From positions 1-35,812 of the IMG/VR virus record IMGVR_UViG_2693429554_000020: a DNA stretch of 35,812 nucleotides, one strand, 5' to 3'. The stretch comes from a virus. Its lineage: Duplodnaviria > Heunggongvirae > Uroviricota > Caudoviricetes. The translations under genes were made by a program, and so were the position numbers. The notes beneath the pieces are model-generated. The model was not told the origin of the DNA. It saw nothing but the letters and a program-made list of their open reading frames with translations, and did not search any database. Below, piece by piece: positions 19,846 to 28,486 of this stretch (positions are counted from its first letter, which is position 1; the number at the start of each line of letters is the position of its first letter).

Positions 19846-20898
19846 TTATTTCCCCACCAGTTCACTTACCTCTTTCACCGTCTGATTAAACCGCTCTGAC
19901 TCAAGTTCAACACCTAACGCCCGACGCCCCAGCGCCATTGCTGCTTTTATTGTGGAACCGGATCCCATAAAGAAATCAGCAACCAGATCACCAGGTCGAC
20001 TACTGGCATTGATTATTTGCCGGAGCATATCCGCCGGTTTCTCGCACGGATGTTTACCCGGGTAGAACTGAACGGGCTTATGCGTCCAGACATCGGTATA
20101 AGGCACGGAGACTGATACGGAGAAATAGCGCCGGAGAGATTTAAACTCATCCAGCAATTCAGAATATTTGCGATTCAGTGAATCATAAGATGCCACCAGC
20201 TGGTGGTGTGGTTGTTCCAGTTGTTGTTCCTGAAACTTCTCTGCCGCTATACGGGAAAACAGTGCCTGTAACTTCCGATAGTCAGCCTCATTCGGCAACT
20301 GCCACTGACTGGCACCAAACCAGTGGGAAACCATATTTTTCTTACCTGTGGCTTCGGCAATTTGTTTTGCCGTTATACCCAGTTCGGCACGAGCATCCCT
20401 GAAATACGATATCAGCGGTGCCATTATGTGCTGTTTGAGTTCCCTTTCTTTTGCCGCATAGCCGTCACTTTTGCCGCGATATGGCCCCTGGTAATGTTCA
20501 GCAAACAGAACGCGCTCTGTGGCAGGAAAATATGCGCGCAGACTTTCTTTATTACACCCATTCCAACGTCCGGACGGCTTCGCCCAGATGATATGGTTAA
20601 GCACGTTGAAACGTTCACGCATCATGATCTCAATATCAGATGCCAGGCGATGCCCACAGAACAGGTAAAGGCTTCCGGCAGGTTTTAACACCCGCCAGAA
20701 CTGGGCCAGACAGTGGTCCAGCCACTTAAGGTAATCTTCGTCCCCTTTCCACTGATTGTCCCAACCGTTAGGTTTCACCTTGAAGTAAGGCGGATCGGTA
20801 ACAATCAGGTCAATGGAATCATCAGGCAGGGACTGAATAAAATGCAGGCAATCAGCGTTGATTAAATCAACACTGTTTATTTTTACAGTATTTTTCAT
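19846..20898 (-). CDS. DNA methyltransferase, N6-adenine/N4-cytosine type (DPPY motif), orphan
   Basis: 350-aa ORF with IVTDPPY catalytic motif and C-terminal SAM-binding-like FFMGSGST; no adjacent restriction endonuclease gene. Confidence 0.8.
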   Translation of the reverse strand: MKNTVKINSVDLINADCLHFIQSLPDDSIDLIVTDPPYFKVKPNGWDNQWKGDEDYLKWLDHCLAQFWRVLKPAGSLYLFCGHRLASDIEIMMRERFNVLNHIIWAKPSGRWNGCNKESLRAYFPATERVLFAEHYQGPYRGKSDGYAAKERELKQHIMAPLISYFRDARAELGITAKQIAEATGKKNMVSHWFGASQWQLPNEADYRKLQALFSRIAAEKFQEQQLEQPHHQLVASYDSLNRKYSELLDEFKSLRRYFSVSVSVPYTDVWTHKPVQFYPGKHPCEKPADMLRQIINASSRPGDLVADFFMGSGSTIKAAMALGRRALGVELESERFNQTVKEVSELVGK

Positions 20899-21048
20899 GG
20901 ATCAGTAAGCGTAACTCTGGTAGGCTCACTCTGCTTTTGCGCTAAAGCAGTGGGCCGTGGTTCGCTTGTGACCAGTAAGCATGAGCGAATGGCTGGCAGG
21001 TGCTACCAACACCCACCAGCCGCCCATTTTCACAGCAGGAAACCGCCA

Positions 21049-21251
21049 TTACTGGCAGCGTCTGAATTTATTCCCGTACCCGCCGTTATCCTTCGCCAGA
21101 CCCGCCAGAACTAACTGAGTCAGTATTAACTGGCACCTGGCTTCGCTTACTCCGGTAGTTCTCGTCATCATGCGTGGCGTTACCCACTTGTCAGCAGGTA
21201 AGAAATGAAGGACTGCGGCGGCGGTTTCTGTCATATCTTGCTGTTTTAGCA
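21049..21251 (-). CDS. Small hypothetical protein (late-region)
   Basis: Track ORF 21049..21360; start at ATG 21251 favoured because the upstream part overlaps a terminator-like hairpin and an SD-like GAAGGG precedes it. Confidence 0.3.
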
Positions 21252-21370
21252 TGTCTTTTCCCTTCTGGTTAACATGACATACCAATAACTCTTGTCTAAA
21301 AAGCCAGCAAGATAAAAAGCCAGTATTCACGACCACCAGCGTGTTTACTGTACTGCACAAGGTTTACAGG

Positions 21371-21398
21371 TACAAAAAAACCGCTCAGCGGCGGGTTT
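21371..21398 (-). terminator. Terminator-like hairpin with T7 run (minus strand)
   Basis: Minus strand AAACCCGCCGCTGAGCGG followed by TTTTTTT; lies between the AT-rich cassette and the late genes. Confidence 0.35.
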
Positions 21399-21516
21399 AA
21401 GTTGTGTGGCGAAGTAACCACTCTTAACACGATATAATACTTTTTGCGTACGCGTTAGGATTTTTATAAACTATGCGTCCCCATTCTCGCTAACTTTAGT
21501 CGGTCCTGGAATACAC

Positions 21517-22443
21517 ATGAAAGTTAGAAGCATAGGATTTACAATAAATAACAATAACAAAAATATTAATACCGTTGACGTAATGAATGCTTTTATCAAC
21601 GCATCAAACAGAGAACACAGTCGCACAGACTATACTCGTAAAATTCTCATTTCGGATGTGAATGATTTCTATTATGGATTAGTTGTCACATTCAGAAACC
21701 AAAAAAAGAACTGTAAGTCGCAATTTGTTGATGGTAAATTCCAGCTTAAAATTGAAGATCTTCAAGGAAGTGACAAACTTGCTAATTTCAACTTTTTCTT
21801 AATTAAAAAATCTAATCTTTCTGGTCTCTATATGTATCACCACGGGTCATGCAGTCTGAACACTCTCTTTTCTCATTTAGAAACAATAAGTAATGAATTT
21901 ATCAGAAATCAAAATAAAGAAGAAATAAAAAAACTTGGTGATAAACCAAAACAAAAAGAAGTAACTGCAATAAATAAAAAATACAAAGAAAGACTGACTT
22001 TCAGCCTTATGACAAATAAAAACAACATTCAGAGTGTTTTATGTCAATTCAAAGAGATTAAAAGCACAAGCTTTAAATTTAATTATATAGATTTTAAAGG
22101 TGGACCAATGACTGCGCTTGAACAATTTGTTAACACCACCACAATAGATATGAATTTTAATTCTAGCGACAGAACAAAAGTGCAACAACTATCTCAGAAT
22201 CTTTCAAATATTTATAATTCTATGAGTGGAGTTGCTAAAGCACAGGTTATTGCAGTAAACCATGCAGGAATAGAAAAAACCATTGATTTTATGAACTGCC
22301 CTGTTTTTTTTGAAACATACGATTTCGATATAATTGCCGATAAAGTCAATGGATTGACAAACGATAATTATACAACAAACCCTGTTTTTGATATGATAAA
22401 AGAAGAAATGCTGAACGGGACGAATAAAAATGCCTTTATATGA
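21517..22443 (+). CDS. Hypothetical protein, AT-rich cassette gene 1 (no family recognised)
   Basis: 308-aa ORF in roughly 30% GC DNA with Asn-rich N-terminus (TINNNNKNINT), opposite strand to the flanking phage genes, 14-nt overlap with the next ORF. Confidence 0.6.
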   Translation: MKVRSIGFTINNNNKNINTVDVMNAFINASNREHSRTDYTRKILISDVNDFYYGLVVTFRNQKKNCKSQFVDGKFQLKIEDLQGSDKLANFNFFLIKKSNLSGLYMYHHGSCSLNTLFSHLETISNEFIRNQNKEEIKKLGDKPKQKEVTAINKKYKERLTFSLMTNKNNIQSVLCQFKEIKSTSFKFNYIDFKGGPMTALEQFVNTTTIDMNFNSSDRTKVQQLSQNLSNIYNSMSGVAKAQVIAVNHAGIEKTIDFMNCPVFFETYDFDIIADKVNGLTNDNYTTNPVFDMIKEEMLNGTNKNAFI

Positions 22444-22978
22444 ATGGCTAATAAATAAAAGGTTGAGGTATCAGTACCTTACACTGCTTGCATTCTCGAT
22501 CCTGGCATTGCTTGCACTTTACCTATTGTACAGAAACACACCTAAAGTAAGTGTTAACTTTTTTGATTTTTATCATAAAAACTTACGAGGCTATCTCTTC
22601 TCCGGTTTTATTTCCGTGGGCTCATTTTTATTGAGCCTGCATACCTTTGTCATAATAAATTTACGCGATAAGGTTTTTGCAACTCAGGAATATAAGGAAA
22701 TTTATAGCATTGCCACTGGTATACCTATTGACAAAATCAATGATAGTGCACTTTATAAACCTTTAGACAATTTATCCTCATTTATTAATACATCAATATT
22801 ATGTTCTATCACAACAGCAATTGCACAATTCACTATTGGACTTTCAACTAATTTATATGCATGCTTATTTTGCGTATGGCTTGCAATACTAACGGTATTT
22901 CTTTTATTACATTGCCTCATCATAATCAGACAAAATATTAAAATTTTATTAAAGCAACAGAGAAAAAAAGGGGGGTAA
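22430..22978 (+). CDS. Hypothetical membrane protein, AT-rich cassette gene 2 (about four TM helices)
   Basis: 182-aa ORF with four hydrophobic segments, translationally coupled to gene 1 (ATG inside ...ATGCCTTTATATGA...), basic C-terminus. Confidence 0.6.
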   Translation: MPLYEWLINKRLRYQYLTLLAFSILALLALYLLYRNTPKVSVNFFDFYHKNLRGYLFSGFISVGSFLLSLHTFVIINLRDKVFATQEYKEIYSIATGIPIDKINDSALYKPLDNLSSFINTSILCSITTAIAQFTIGLSTNLYACLFCVWLAILTVFLLLHCLIIIRQNIKILLKQQRKKGG

Positions 22979-22985
22979 TTCCCCC
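22970..22985. terminator. Bidirectional terminator hairpin between convergent cassette gene 2 and Q
   Basis: GGGGGG-TAATT-CCCCC flanked by A8 on the plus side (T-run on minus strand), occupying the 12 bp between the two stop codons. Confidence 0.6.
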
Positions 22986-22990
22986 TAATA

Positions 22991-23332
22991 TTACAACATT
23001 GAAAGCACACCATCCAGAAAACCAAGAGCTGTTTGCAACTCTTTTCTTATTGTCCCATCAGAACACTTCTGCTTCTTTGCAATAGTTCTTAGTGAGATGC
23101 CGATAACAAAATGAGCAATAACCAACTCATACTCTTCGGGCTTATATTTCCGCAATCGCGCAACACAGCTGTCAATCATGATTCCTTCATCATCATCGCA
23201 TTGTTGGCGTGTTTTCTTTCCATGAGGTAGTAAACCTTTAAACCCTGCAGCAACAGGCTGCCAGTCCACACCACTGTTATCTGCTGCAGCCCATGCACCC
23301 CAGCGGTCCAATACTTCATACATATCACGCAT
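22991..23332 (-). CDS. Late-gene antiterminator Q (QuuD-like)
   Basis: MRDMYEVLDRWGAWAA...GFKGLL...CDDDE...CSDG matches the Q-family pattern as recalled; start at ATG 23332 with GGAGAAAG SD (track ORF begins at 23347). Confidence 0.7.
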   Translation of the reverse strand: MRDMYEVLDRWGAWAAADNSGVDWQPVAAGFKGLLPHGKKTRQQCDDDEGIMIDSCVARLRKYKPEEYELVIAHFVIGISLRTIAKKQKCSDGTIRKELQTALGFLDGVLSML

Positions 23333-23349
23333 CAACTTTCTCCACAAAA

Positions 23350-24345
23350 TCAGGCCAGCACGCCAATTGCCAGTGCACGATCGATAAAACGAAATATCAG
23401 CTCCAGCTGGGAGCCATACTTCTCTTCAAATGCCACGGTATCCGCATGCAGCTCGTCGTGATGCTTTCTGCACAAAGGCAACACAAAGAGGTCATGCGCT
23501 TTTGTAGCCATTCCACCCTGACCGTGACCTATCAGGTGGTGGGGATCATCAGCAGGTTTTCCACAACATGCGCACGGCTGCGTCTTAACCCATCGCGTGT
23601 ACTTTTCATTAACCCAGCGGCGACGTTTGGGGCGTAACATAAAAGACTCCGGCGACTCCGGATCCACTTTCAGCGCCAGCACCTTTTTCGCCTTATCCTG
23701 GATGATGCTGGTGGCAGGAACCGAAGGCACAAGGTCACTTTCCCGGGTAACAGACGGCACAACAGGCTTCGGTAATCTCAGTGCCTTACGGGCTGCACTT
23801 TCCGGTAAGGCATCCGCCAGATCATTACGAATCAGCCACCAGCACAGTTCCGGCATTGTCACAACATGACTGTCATCAAAACCGAGATCCCGACGCACAA
23901 CAGACAACACCCAGCGGGCACTGTTATCCGTTGCCATTGATTCCAGCCGTTCCGTGAACTGATCGCGCAGCTGGTTATCGCAGTGCCAGCACAAACGGAT
24001 TGCGCCCGGAGCGTGTCGCATTGTTGTCATGTTCTCGCTGTGCCAGTCGGAATGAGGCCACTGGCAGCCTTTTTCACGAAGTAACCAGCTTTCAAGACAT
24101 TCCACGCCACCAGCACGACGGATCACTGCCTCATTGCGGAACACGGCCCGAACGGCAGGATCATCCGCCAGCGGTTGTGATGCCGCCGGAACGGCACCAC
24201 TGGCGAAAGATGAATAACGTTCCGGCTCAGGCTCCAGCAAGACACGCCCCTGCATAAACAAGGGCATCAGCTCTGAACCGGGTCTGAACAATACGATCCC
24301 CATACGCGGGGCAATTTCAGGGGTCAGTAGTGCTCTCACGGTCAC
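23350..24345 (-). CDS. Conserved lambdoid nin-region protein (DUF968/YdfU-like) with C-terminal Cys/His zinc motif
   Basis: 331-aa ORF between KilA-N and Q; C-terminus CACCGKPADDPHHLIGHG...CRKHHDELH. Family name from memory; start codon uncertain. Confidence 0.5.
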   Translation of the reverse strand: MTVRALLTPEIAPRMGIVLFRPGSELMPLFMQGRVLLEPEPERYSSFASGAVPAASQPLADDPAVRAVFRNEAVIRRAGGVECLESWLLREKGCQWPHSDWHSENMTTMRHAPGAIRLCWHCDNQLRDQFTERLESMATDNSARWVLSVVRRDLGFDDSHVVTMPELCWWLIRNDLADALPESAARKALRLPKPVVPSVTRESDLVPSVPATSIIQDKAKKVLALKVDPESPESFMLRPKRRRWVNEKYTRWVKTQPCACCGKPADDPHHLIGHGQGGMATKAHDLFVLPLCRKHHDELHADTVAFEEKYGSQLELIFRFIDRALAIGVLA

Positions 24346-24346
24346 C

Positions 24347-25144
24347 TCAATGAACGGTATCGAGCAGCTTTAACAGCTCAGGGAATCGGGATTCGAAGAA
24401 ATGCGGCTGCGTCTCGCGCGGATTTGCGGGACTGGTGATGTTCTTGCCGAACATGCAGCCTTTCGCCGTCAGCGACCAGAATTTTTTGATGTTGTTAATC
24501 GCGGTACGGCTGTATCGTTCGCGCTGCTCGACGATCCCCAGTTTCACCATCTGGTGATATGCCTGATTAGCCGTCAGGCGGATACCATACTGCTTCAGCA
24601 GTGCACTCAGTGACAGCGTGGGGCGGCTTGAGCCATCAGGCGCGTCAGCAGGAGCATCAATGGCATAGCGCGGTGCCAGATTCGGTAAGCCAACAGCCTC
24701 CTGGAGTTTCTGACAGGCACCAAGCACTGAAGAGTTAGACAGGTTTAATTCCCGGCGCATAAAGTCCAGCAGAATCACACCAGCCTGCATCTTGTCAGCA
24801 GCCTGTCCGGATAATTTTTCCGGTACGCTGGTTACCATGTCGAAAGTACGGATCACCTTCAGATGGAATGACGGGCTGATCCACATTGCATAGGCATACA
24901 CCAGTTCTTTGCAGACATACGTCCCCTGGTTATTTCCGCCACGAATAACGTTAACTGACTCTATATTGACCGAGTTGCAAATCTGCAACTCGCTTATTAA
25001 ACGTTCAGTTTGCTCATTGCGGAGCCAGAATGCAGGCTTATGCTTATCCAGAGAACCAGCAGCCCTGTGCAGATCGTTCAGGCTGTAACGCCCATAAGCA
25101 TCACGACGAACTTCAATACCATCAATGACCATCAGATTATTCAT
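24347..25144 (-). CDS. KilA-N domain protein (antirepressor-like)
   Basis: N-terminal MNNLMVIDGIEVRRDAYGRYSLNDLHRAAG... typical of KilA-N; strong SD AGAGGAGA upstream. Confidence 0.7.
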   Translation of the reverse strand: MNNLMVIDGIEVRRDAYGRYSLNDLHRAAGSLDKHKPAFWLRNEQTERLISELQICNSVNIESVNVIRGGNNQGTYVCKELVYAYAMWISPSFHLKVIRTFDMVTSVPEKLSGQAADKMQAGVILLDFMRRELNLSNSSVLGACQKLQEAVGLPNLAPRYAIDAPADAPDGSSRPTLSLSALLKQYGIRLTANQAYHQMVKLGIVEQRERYSRTAINNIKKFWSLTAKGCMFGKNITSPANPRETQPHFFESRFPELLKLLDTVH

Positions 25145-25163
25145 ACTTCGTTTCTCCTCTTAA

Positions 25164-25553
25164 TCAGGCGGCTGCACCCGCCGTTTTCTCGTACTTACTG
25201 ATAGTGATCTCGACCTTCCCTTCCGGGATAACCGGTCCCCACTCCACCAGCATTCTTTTCACCTGACTGTCGTCTTCCCACACACCCGCGTGGGTCAGGG
25301 CGTCAAACAGCGCCTTGTTATAGTTGTCCAGATCACGGATCCGGTTATCCGGTGGAAACAACACGATCTCCACTGCAGCAGGTGCCGACGTTGGTTTCGG
25401 CAGACGACGTAACTGCTCAACTATTGCTGCGCACGCCGCGCTCTGGAATTTGCGCCCCGCCGCGCTTATCAGGCTTTTACCAGCAAACGCCCCTTTGTTA
25501 GGGTGTCGCCAGTACGTATTCACGCTGGGCGGGAAAGGCAGGATCAGTTTCAT
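25164..25553 (-). CDS. rusA: Holliday junction resolvase RusA
   Basis: 129-aa protein with RusA-like PPSVNTYWRH and RDLDNYNKALFDALT motifs; ATGA overlap with the upstream gene. Confidence 0.8.
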   Translation of the reverse strand: MKLILPFPPSVNTYWRHPNKGAFAGKSLISAAGRKFQSAACAAIVEQLRRLPKPTSAPAAVEIVLFPPDNRIRDLDNYNKALFDALTHAGVWEDDSQVKRMLVEWGPVIPEGKVEITISKYEKTAGAAA

Positions 25554-25876
25554 ACTTTCAGGCCTCTCTCATGTAGCCAGTGGGTTGCACGCAGCCTTGC
25601 GTTTTCCTCATCGGCAAGCAGTGAGCGGATAATCCCGACAGCCTCGCTGTCGTCGTCCTTCACCGCGGTATGAAGCGTTATCCCCCGGGCCACGCCACGC
25701 TTTATCGTGATGACGCCTTTTTTCTCCAGTGCGCGAAGATGCTCCACCGCTGCATTCACCGAACGGTATCCCAGCATGGTTGCCACCTCCTGATTGGTTG
25801 GCGGGAAGCCACGTTCTTTCTGGTAAGAAATCAGCATATCCAGCACCTGCTGCTGGCATTGAGTTAACGTCGTCAT
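25550..25876 (-). CDS. LexA N-terminal DNA-binding-domain-like protein (no S24 peptidase domain)
   Basis: LTQCQQQVLDMLISYQKERGFPPTNQEVATMLGYRSVNAAVEHLRALEKKGVITIKRGVARGITL parallels the LexA winged-helix domain; start at ATG 25876 in a TAATG overlap with the upstream gene. Confidence 0.6.
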   Translation of the reverse strand: MTTLTQCQQQVLDMLISYQKERGFPPTNQEVATMLGYRSVNAAVEHLRALEKKGVITIKRGVARGITLHTAVKDDDSEAVGIIRSLLADEENARLRATHWLHERGLKV

Positions 25877-26364
25877 TAAGCCCCCACGTAATTCCCTGAC
25901 AGATACCACTCTTCACCCGATGCAGCACGCTTGCTGCTTTTCCGTAAGCACCGCTCACGACGCGCCAGAAAATTGTTTCGTTCTGGCTGGGAGTGGCTTT
26001 CACGGAATGCCGCCATCCACACGGTTGCAGCACGACGGTATAAGCCCCTGGACTCCAGTTCTTCAGCCTGGCGGGTCAGGCACAAAATCACACGGGGATC
26101 GTTAGTGCCGACATAGAAATTGCGCACAGGTCTGGTTTCTCGAACTGGTTGTGGTTCCGGTTCCTGCGCTCTCTCAGTCAGGCGCGGGAAATGTCTGCGT
26201 GTATCTCCTTCACAACGGTGAGCCACACGCCCACTCTGACGTAACTTGCTTGCTGACTGCAGAACGCGCTGCCGTGAGTAACCTGCAAAAGCATCCGCAA
26301 TGTCTCCGGAAGTACATCCCGGATGGGCTTCAATGAATTTCTGAACTTCATTCAAAAGACTCAT
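25876..26364 (-). CDS. PerC-like transcriptional activator family protein (putative)
   Basis: C-terminal QAEELESRGLYRRAATVWMAAF resembles the PerC signature as recalled; start at ATG 26364 with GGGGG SD. Confidence 0.4.
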   Translation of the reverse strand: MSLLNEVQKFIEAHPGCTSGDIADAFAGYSRQRVLQSASKLRQSGRVAHRCEGDTRRHFPRLTERAQEPEPQPVRETRPVRNFYVGTNDPRVILCLTRQAEELESRGLYRRAATVWMAAFRESHSQPERNNFLARRERCLRKSSKRAASGEEWYLSGNYVGA

Positions 26365-26366
26365 GA

Positions 26367-27308
26367 TCACCCCCTGAATCCTGCCGGGATCTGGCTGTAG
26401 TCCACGTTGTCGTAACTGGATTTGAAGTACGGGTCTTCGCGTTTTTCGGTGTACGTGCTGACGGACGGTGATAAGCGCAGGGAAAGCTCATCCCATTTTT
26501 CCCGCAACTTCGACGGGCTGAGCACGTTACGGCACCAGAACGGATCGCGGCTGACGCGGCTGTACATCTCGCAGATTTGTTTGTGAGTACGACCATCCTG
26601 CACACACATCAGGCGAATTTCGTTTGCCCAGGCTGTCCAGTTCGGTTCTTTGGGACGAACCACCTCGCCGTCACATTCAGCGGCTTGCTCGTACAGGGCG
26701 ATGATTTTTTTCCAGAGCCACTGTGCGCAGGTCAAATCATCCTGCGTTCCCCACTGGCGCTTTTTAGGGCTGAATACAACCGCATCAGGATGGCGAGTTA
26801 AAAAATCCTGTTCATCCGTCTGCGCGTCCGGTTGCGAAGCGTCCGGACGAGAAGGTTTTTTATCTGACGGATCATGTTTTGATTTTACTGACGGATCCCC
26901 GCCAGATTCTGACGGGTGAAAACCCGCTTTTTTGCCAGATTTCGACGCATCAAATTTTGACGGGTCAGATTTTGATGCGTCAGATTTTGATGGGTCAGAA
27001 TCTGACAGTTGAGAAAATGCCGCTGCCTGAAGCTTCGCAACGTTAAGCTGATAAACATTCGACGCATTGCGGTTACCCTGGCGACGCGCCTTACGCGTTA
27101 ACCAGCCTTCTGCTTCCAGCCGTGCGATAGCCGTCCTGACGGTACTCATCCCCGCGCCAATCTGACGGGCAATAGTTTCAATTGATGGCCAGCACACACC
27201 TTCGTCATTACTGAAATCAGCCAGGCGGGCCATAATTGCCACGCTGGATAATTTCATGCCTGACGCAGCACAACCATCCCATACATAGCCGGTTAATTTA
27301 GTGCTCAT
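26367..27308 (-). CDS. Replication initiator (lambda O-like, N-terminal HTH) with internal origin iterons
   Basis: 313-aa ORF after the cII-like region; repetitive SDSDPSKSDASKSDPSKFDASK linker encoded by DNA iterons; position equivalent to lambda O. Confidence 0.6.
   Translation of the reverse strand: MSTKLTGYVWDGCAASGMKLSSVAIMARLADFSNDEGVCWPSIETIARQIGAGMSTVRTAIARLEAEGWLTRKARRQGNRNASNVYQLNVAKLQAAAFSQLSDSDPSKSDASKSDPSKFDASKSGKKAGFHPSESGGDPSVKSKHDPSDKKPSRPDASQPDAQTDEQDFLTRHPDAVVFSPKKRQWGTQDDLTCAQWLWKKIIALYEQAAECDGEVVRPKEPNWTAWANEIRLMCVQDGRTHKQICEMYSRVSRDPFWCRNVLSPSKLREKWDELSLRLSPSVSTYTEKREDPYFKSSYDNVDYSQIPAGFRG
26860..27015. repeat. Iteron array (candidate origin of replication inside the initiator gene)
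   Basis: About eight direct repeats of a GATTTTGA(T/C)G(G/C)GTCA-like unit at roughly 15-18 bp spacing. Confidence 0.5.
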
Positions 27309-27317
27309 GACCGACCT

Positions 27318-27656
27318 CTATTTCCCTGAATTTACGACGAAACTGTTCGAGCGGGCTGAAGCACTCATGCTCATAGCCTTCACGGAGGTAGATAACCCGT
27401 TGTGTTTCCGGCTCCCAACGAATGACTCTGACGGGCACTCCGTAGTGATCTTTGAACCAGCGGTTAACTTGTCGCAAAGGACTGTCTCCTTCTGCCGGTT
27501 GAAATCACCCACAGCCCACTCTGCAAAGCTGTGGGTTACAATTTCCCTGTCACCTGGTACATTTACTGCATAGCAATACTCCACCTTCGCTTTTCCACCC
27601 GGTACAGGAAGCGCAATCAGTTGCGAGCGACGGTAGTGTGTTGTTAAACTGTTCAT
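27318..27656 (-). CDS. Hypothetical protein (early-right operon)
   Basis: 112-aa ORF ending 7 bp before the initiator start. Competes with overlapping ORFs 27550..27801 (-) and 27301..27573 (+); weak call. Confidence 0.3.
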   Translation of the reverse strand: MNSLTTHYRRSQLIALPVPGGKAKVEYCYAVNVPGDREIVTHSFAEWAVGDFNRQKETVLCDKLTAGSKITTECPSESFVGSRKHNGLSTSVKAMSMSASARSNSFVVNSGK

Positions 27657-27906
27657 GCGTTAGTTTCTCCACAGTCACGACACGCCACGGCGCCCGGAGC
27701 TGCACACTCGCGGGCGTCACTCTTTTCTGGAGCGCAAAAGATTTTGTAGACCAGTGCTGCATGCTCCTGGAGCTTCGAAATTGACAGATACAACTCATCA
27801 TTAATTGCTGTCTGCTCGTGTGGCTCCACTACCCCATCTTCGATTGCCGAACGAATCTGCTTTGAGTAACTCCCGATCTGTTCGATGACTTCCAGCAGGC
27901 GCTGGT

Positions 27907-28272
27907 TTATACTACCTCCTCAATTTCAGGAAGCGATACGAACACCCCACCAGCAGACTGTGCGACAGCATCCGCAATGTAGTGAGTGCCAGCTGCGCGC
28001 TGTAAAACCATTGCCCATCCCAGCGGGAAAATCTGATCGCCATCGGCACGAAGGCGGTTAAATAATGCGTTCTCTGTTACATCCAGCCAGTCAGCAGCTT
28101 CAGCGTAACCACCCGGCAACGCCGCGATAGTTTTTCTGACAGCTTTCACGTACCACTCAGGCTGTTTTTCTACTTTCCAGTGATGCTTACCCACGGTTAA
28201 CTCCTCGTTTCTGTGGTTACGTTTACGCAACTGAACCGCTAACTTTTGAATAGCACTCTGGTAATCCATCAT
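27907..28272 (-). CDS. CII-analogue regulatory protein (YdaT-like)
   Basis: Follows the Cro-like gene as in Rac-type immunity regions; start at internal Met (MMDYQ...) to limit overlap. Confidence 0.45.
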   Translation of the reverse strand: MMDYQSAIQKLAVQLRKRNHRNEELTVGKHHWKVEKQPEWYVKAVRKTIAALPGGYAEAADWLDVTENALFNRLRADGDQIFPLGWAMVLQRAAGTHYIADAVAQSAGGVFVSLPEIEEVV

Positions 28273-28486
28273 TTGGATTTGGATAAATATCAGGACGCAG
28301 CTCATGGGGGGTTACGGACCAGTTCCCCAGCTCACAAAGTTGTAAAACTCGTTCCGACGGGACTTGATTGTTAATTACCCAATTAGCGACAGATTGAGTA
28401 GATTTAAAACCAAAGCGACGAGCTACTTCAGATAAAGACTTTCCCGCATCCTTTACTGCTTTCTCGGTGTAGTTTTGAGATGACAT
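28223..28486 (-). CDS. Cro-like HTH repressor (YdaS-family)
   Basis: HTH segment SLSEVARRFGFKSTQSVANWV...PSERVLQLCELGNWSVTPHELRPD; divergent from the CI-like gene; AGGAG SD 7 nt upstream. Confidence 0.6.
   Translation of the reverse strand: MSSQNYTEKAVKDAGKSLSEVARRFGFKSTQSVANWVINNQVPSERVLQLCELGNWSVTPHELRPDIYPNPNDGLPECYSKVSGSVA

Noticed and set aside
21252-21360. Longer form of the small late-region ORF starting at 21360
   Set aside because: The 5' extension overlaps the hairpin/T-run structure and has no SD; the internal ATG at 21251 is more plausible. Even the short form is weak.
21517-22978. Possible Shiga-toxin-type cargo at the Q-lysis locus
   Set aside because: Neither product resembles StxA (no ribosome-inactivating-protein-like motifs recognised) or a small secreted B subunit; gene 2 is a polytopic membrane protein.
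27301-27801. Alternative ORFs 27301..27573 (+) and 27550..27801 (-)
   Set aside because: Mutually overlapping with 27318..27656 (-); no SD or motif support to prefer them. Region left with one low-confidence call.
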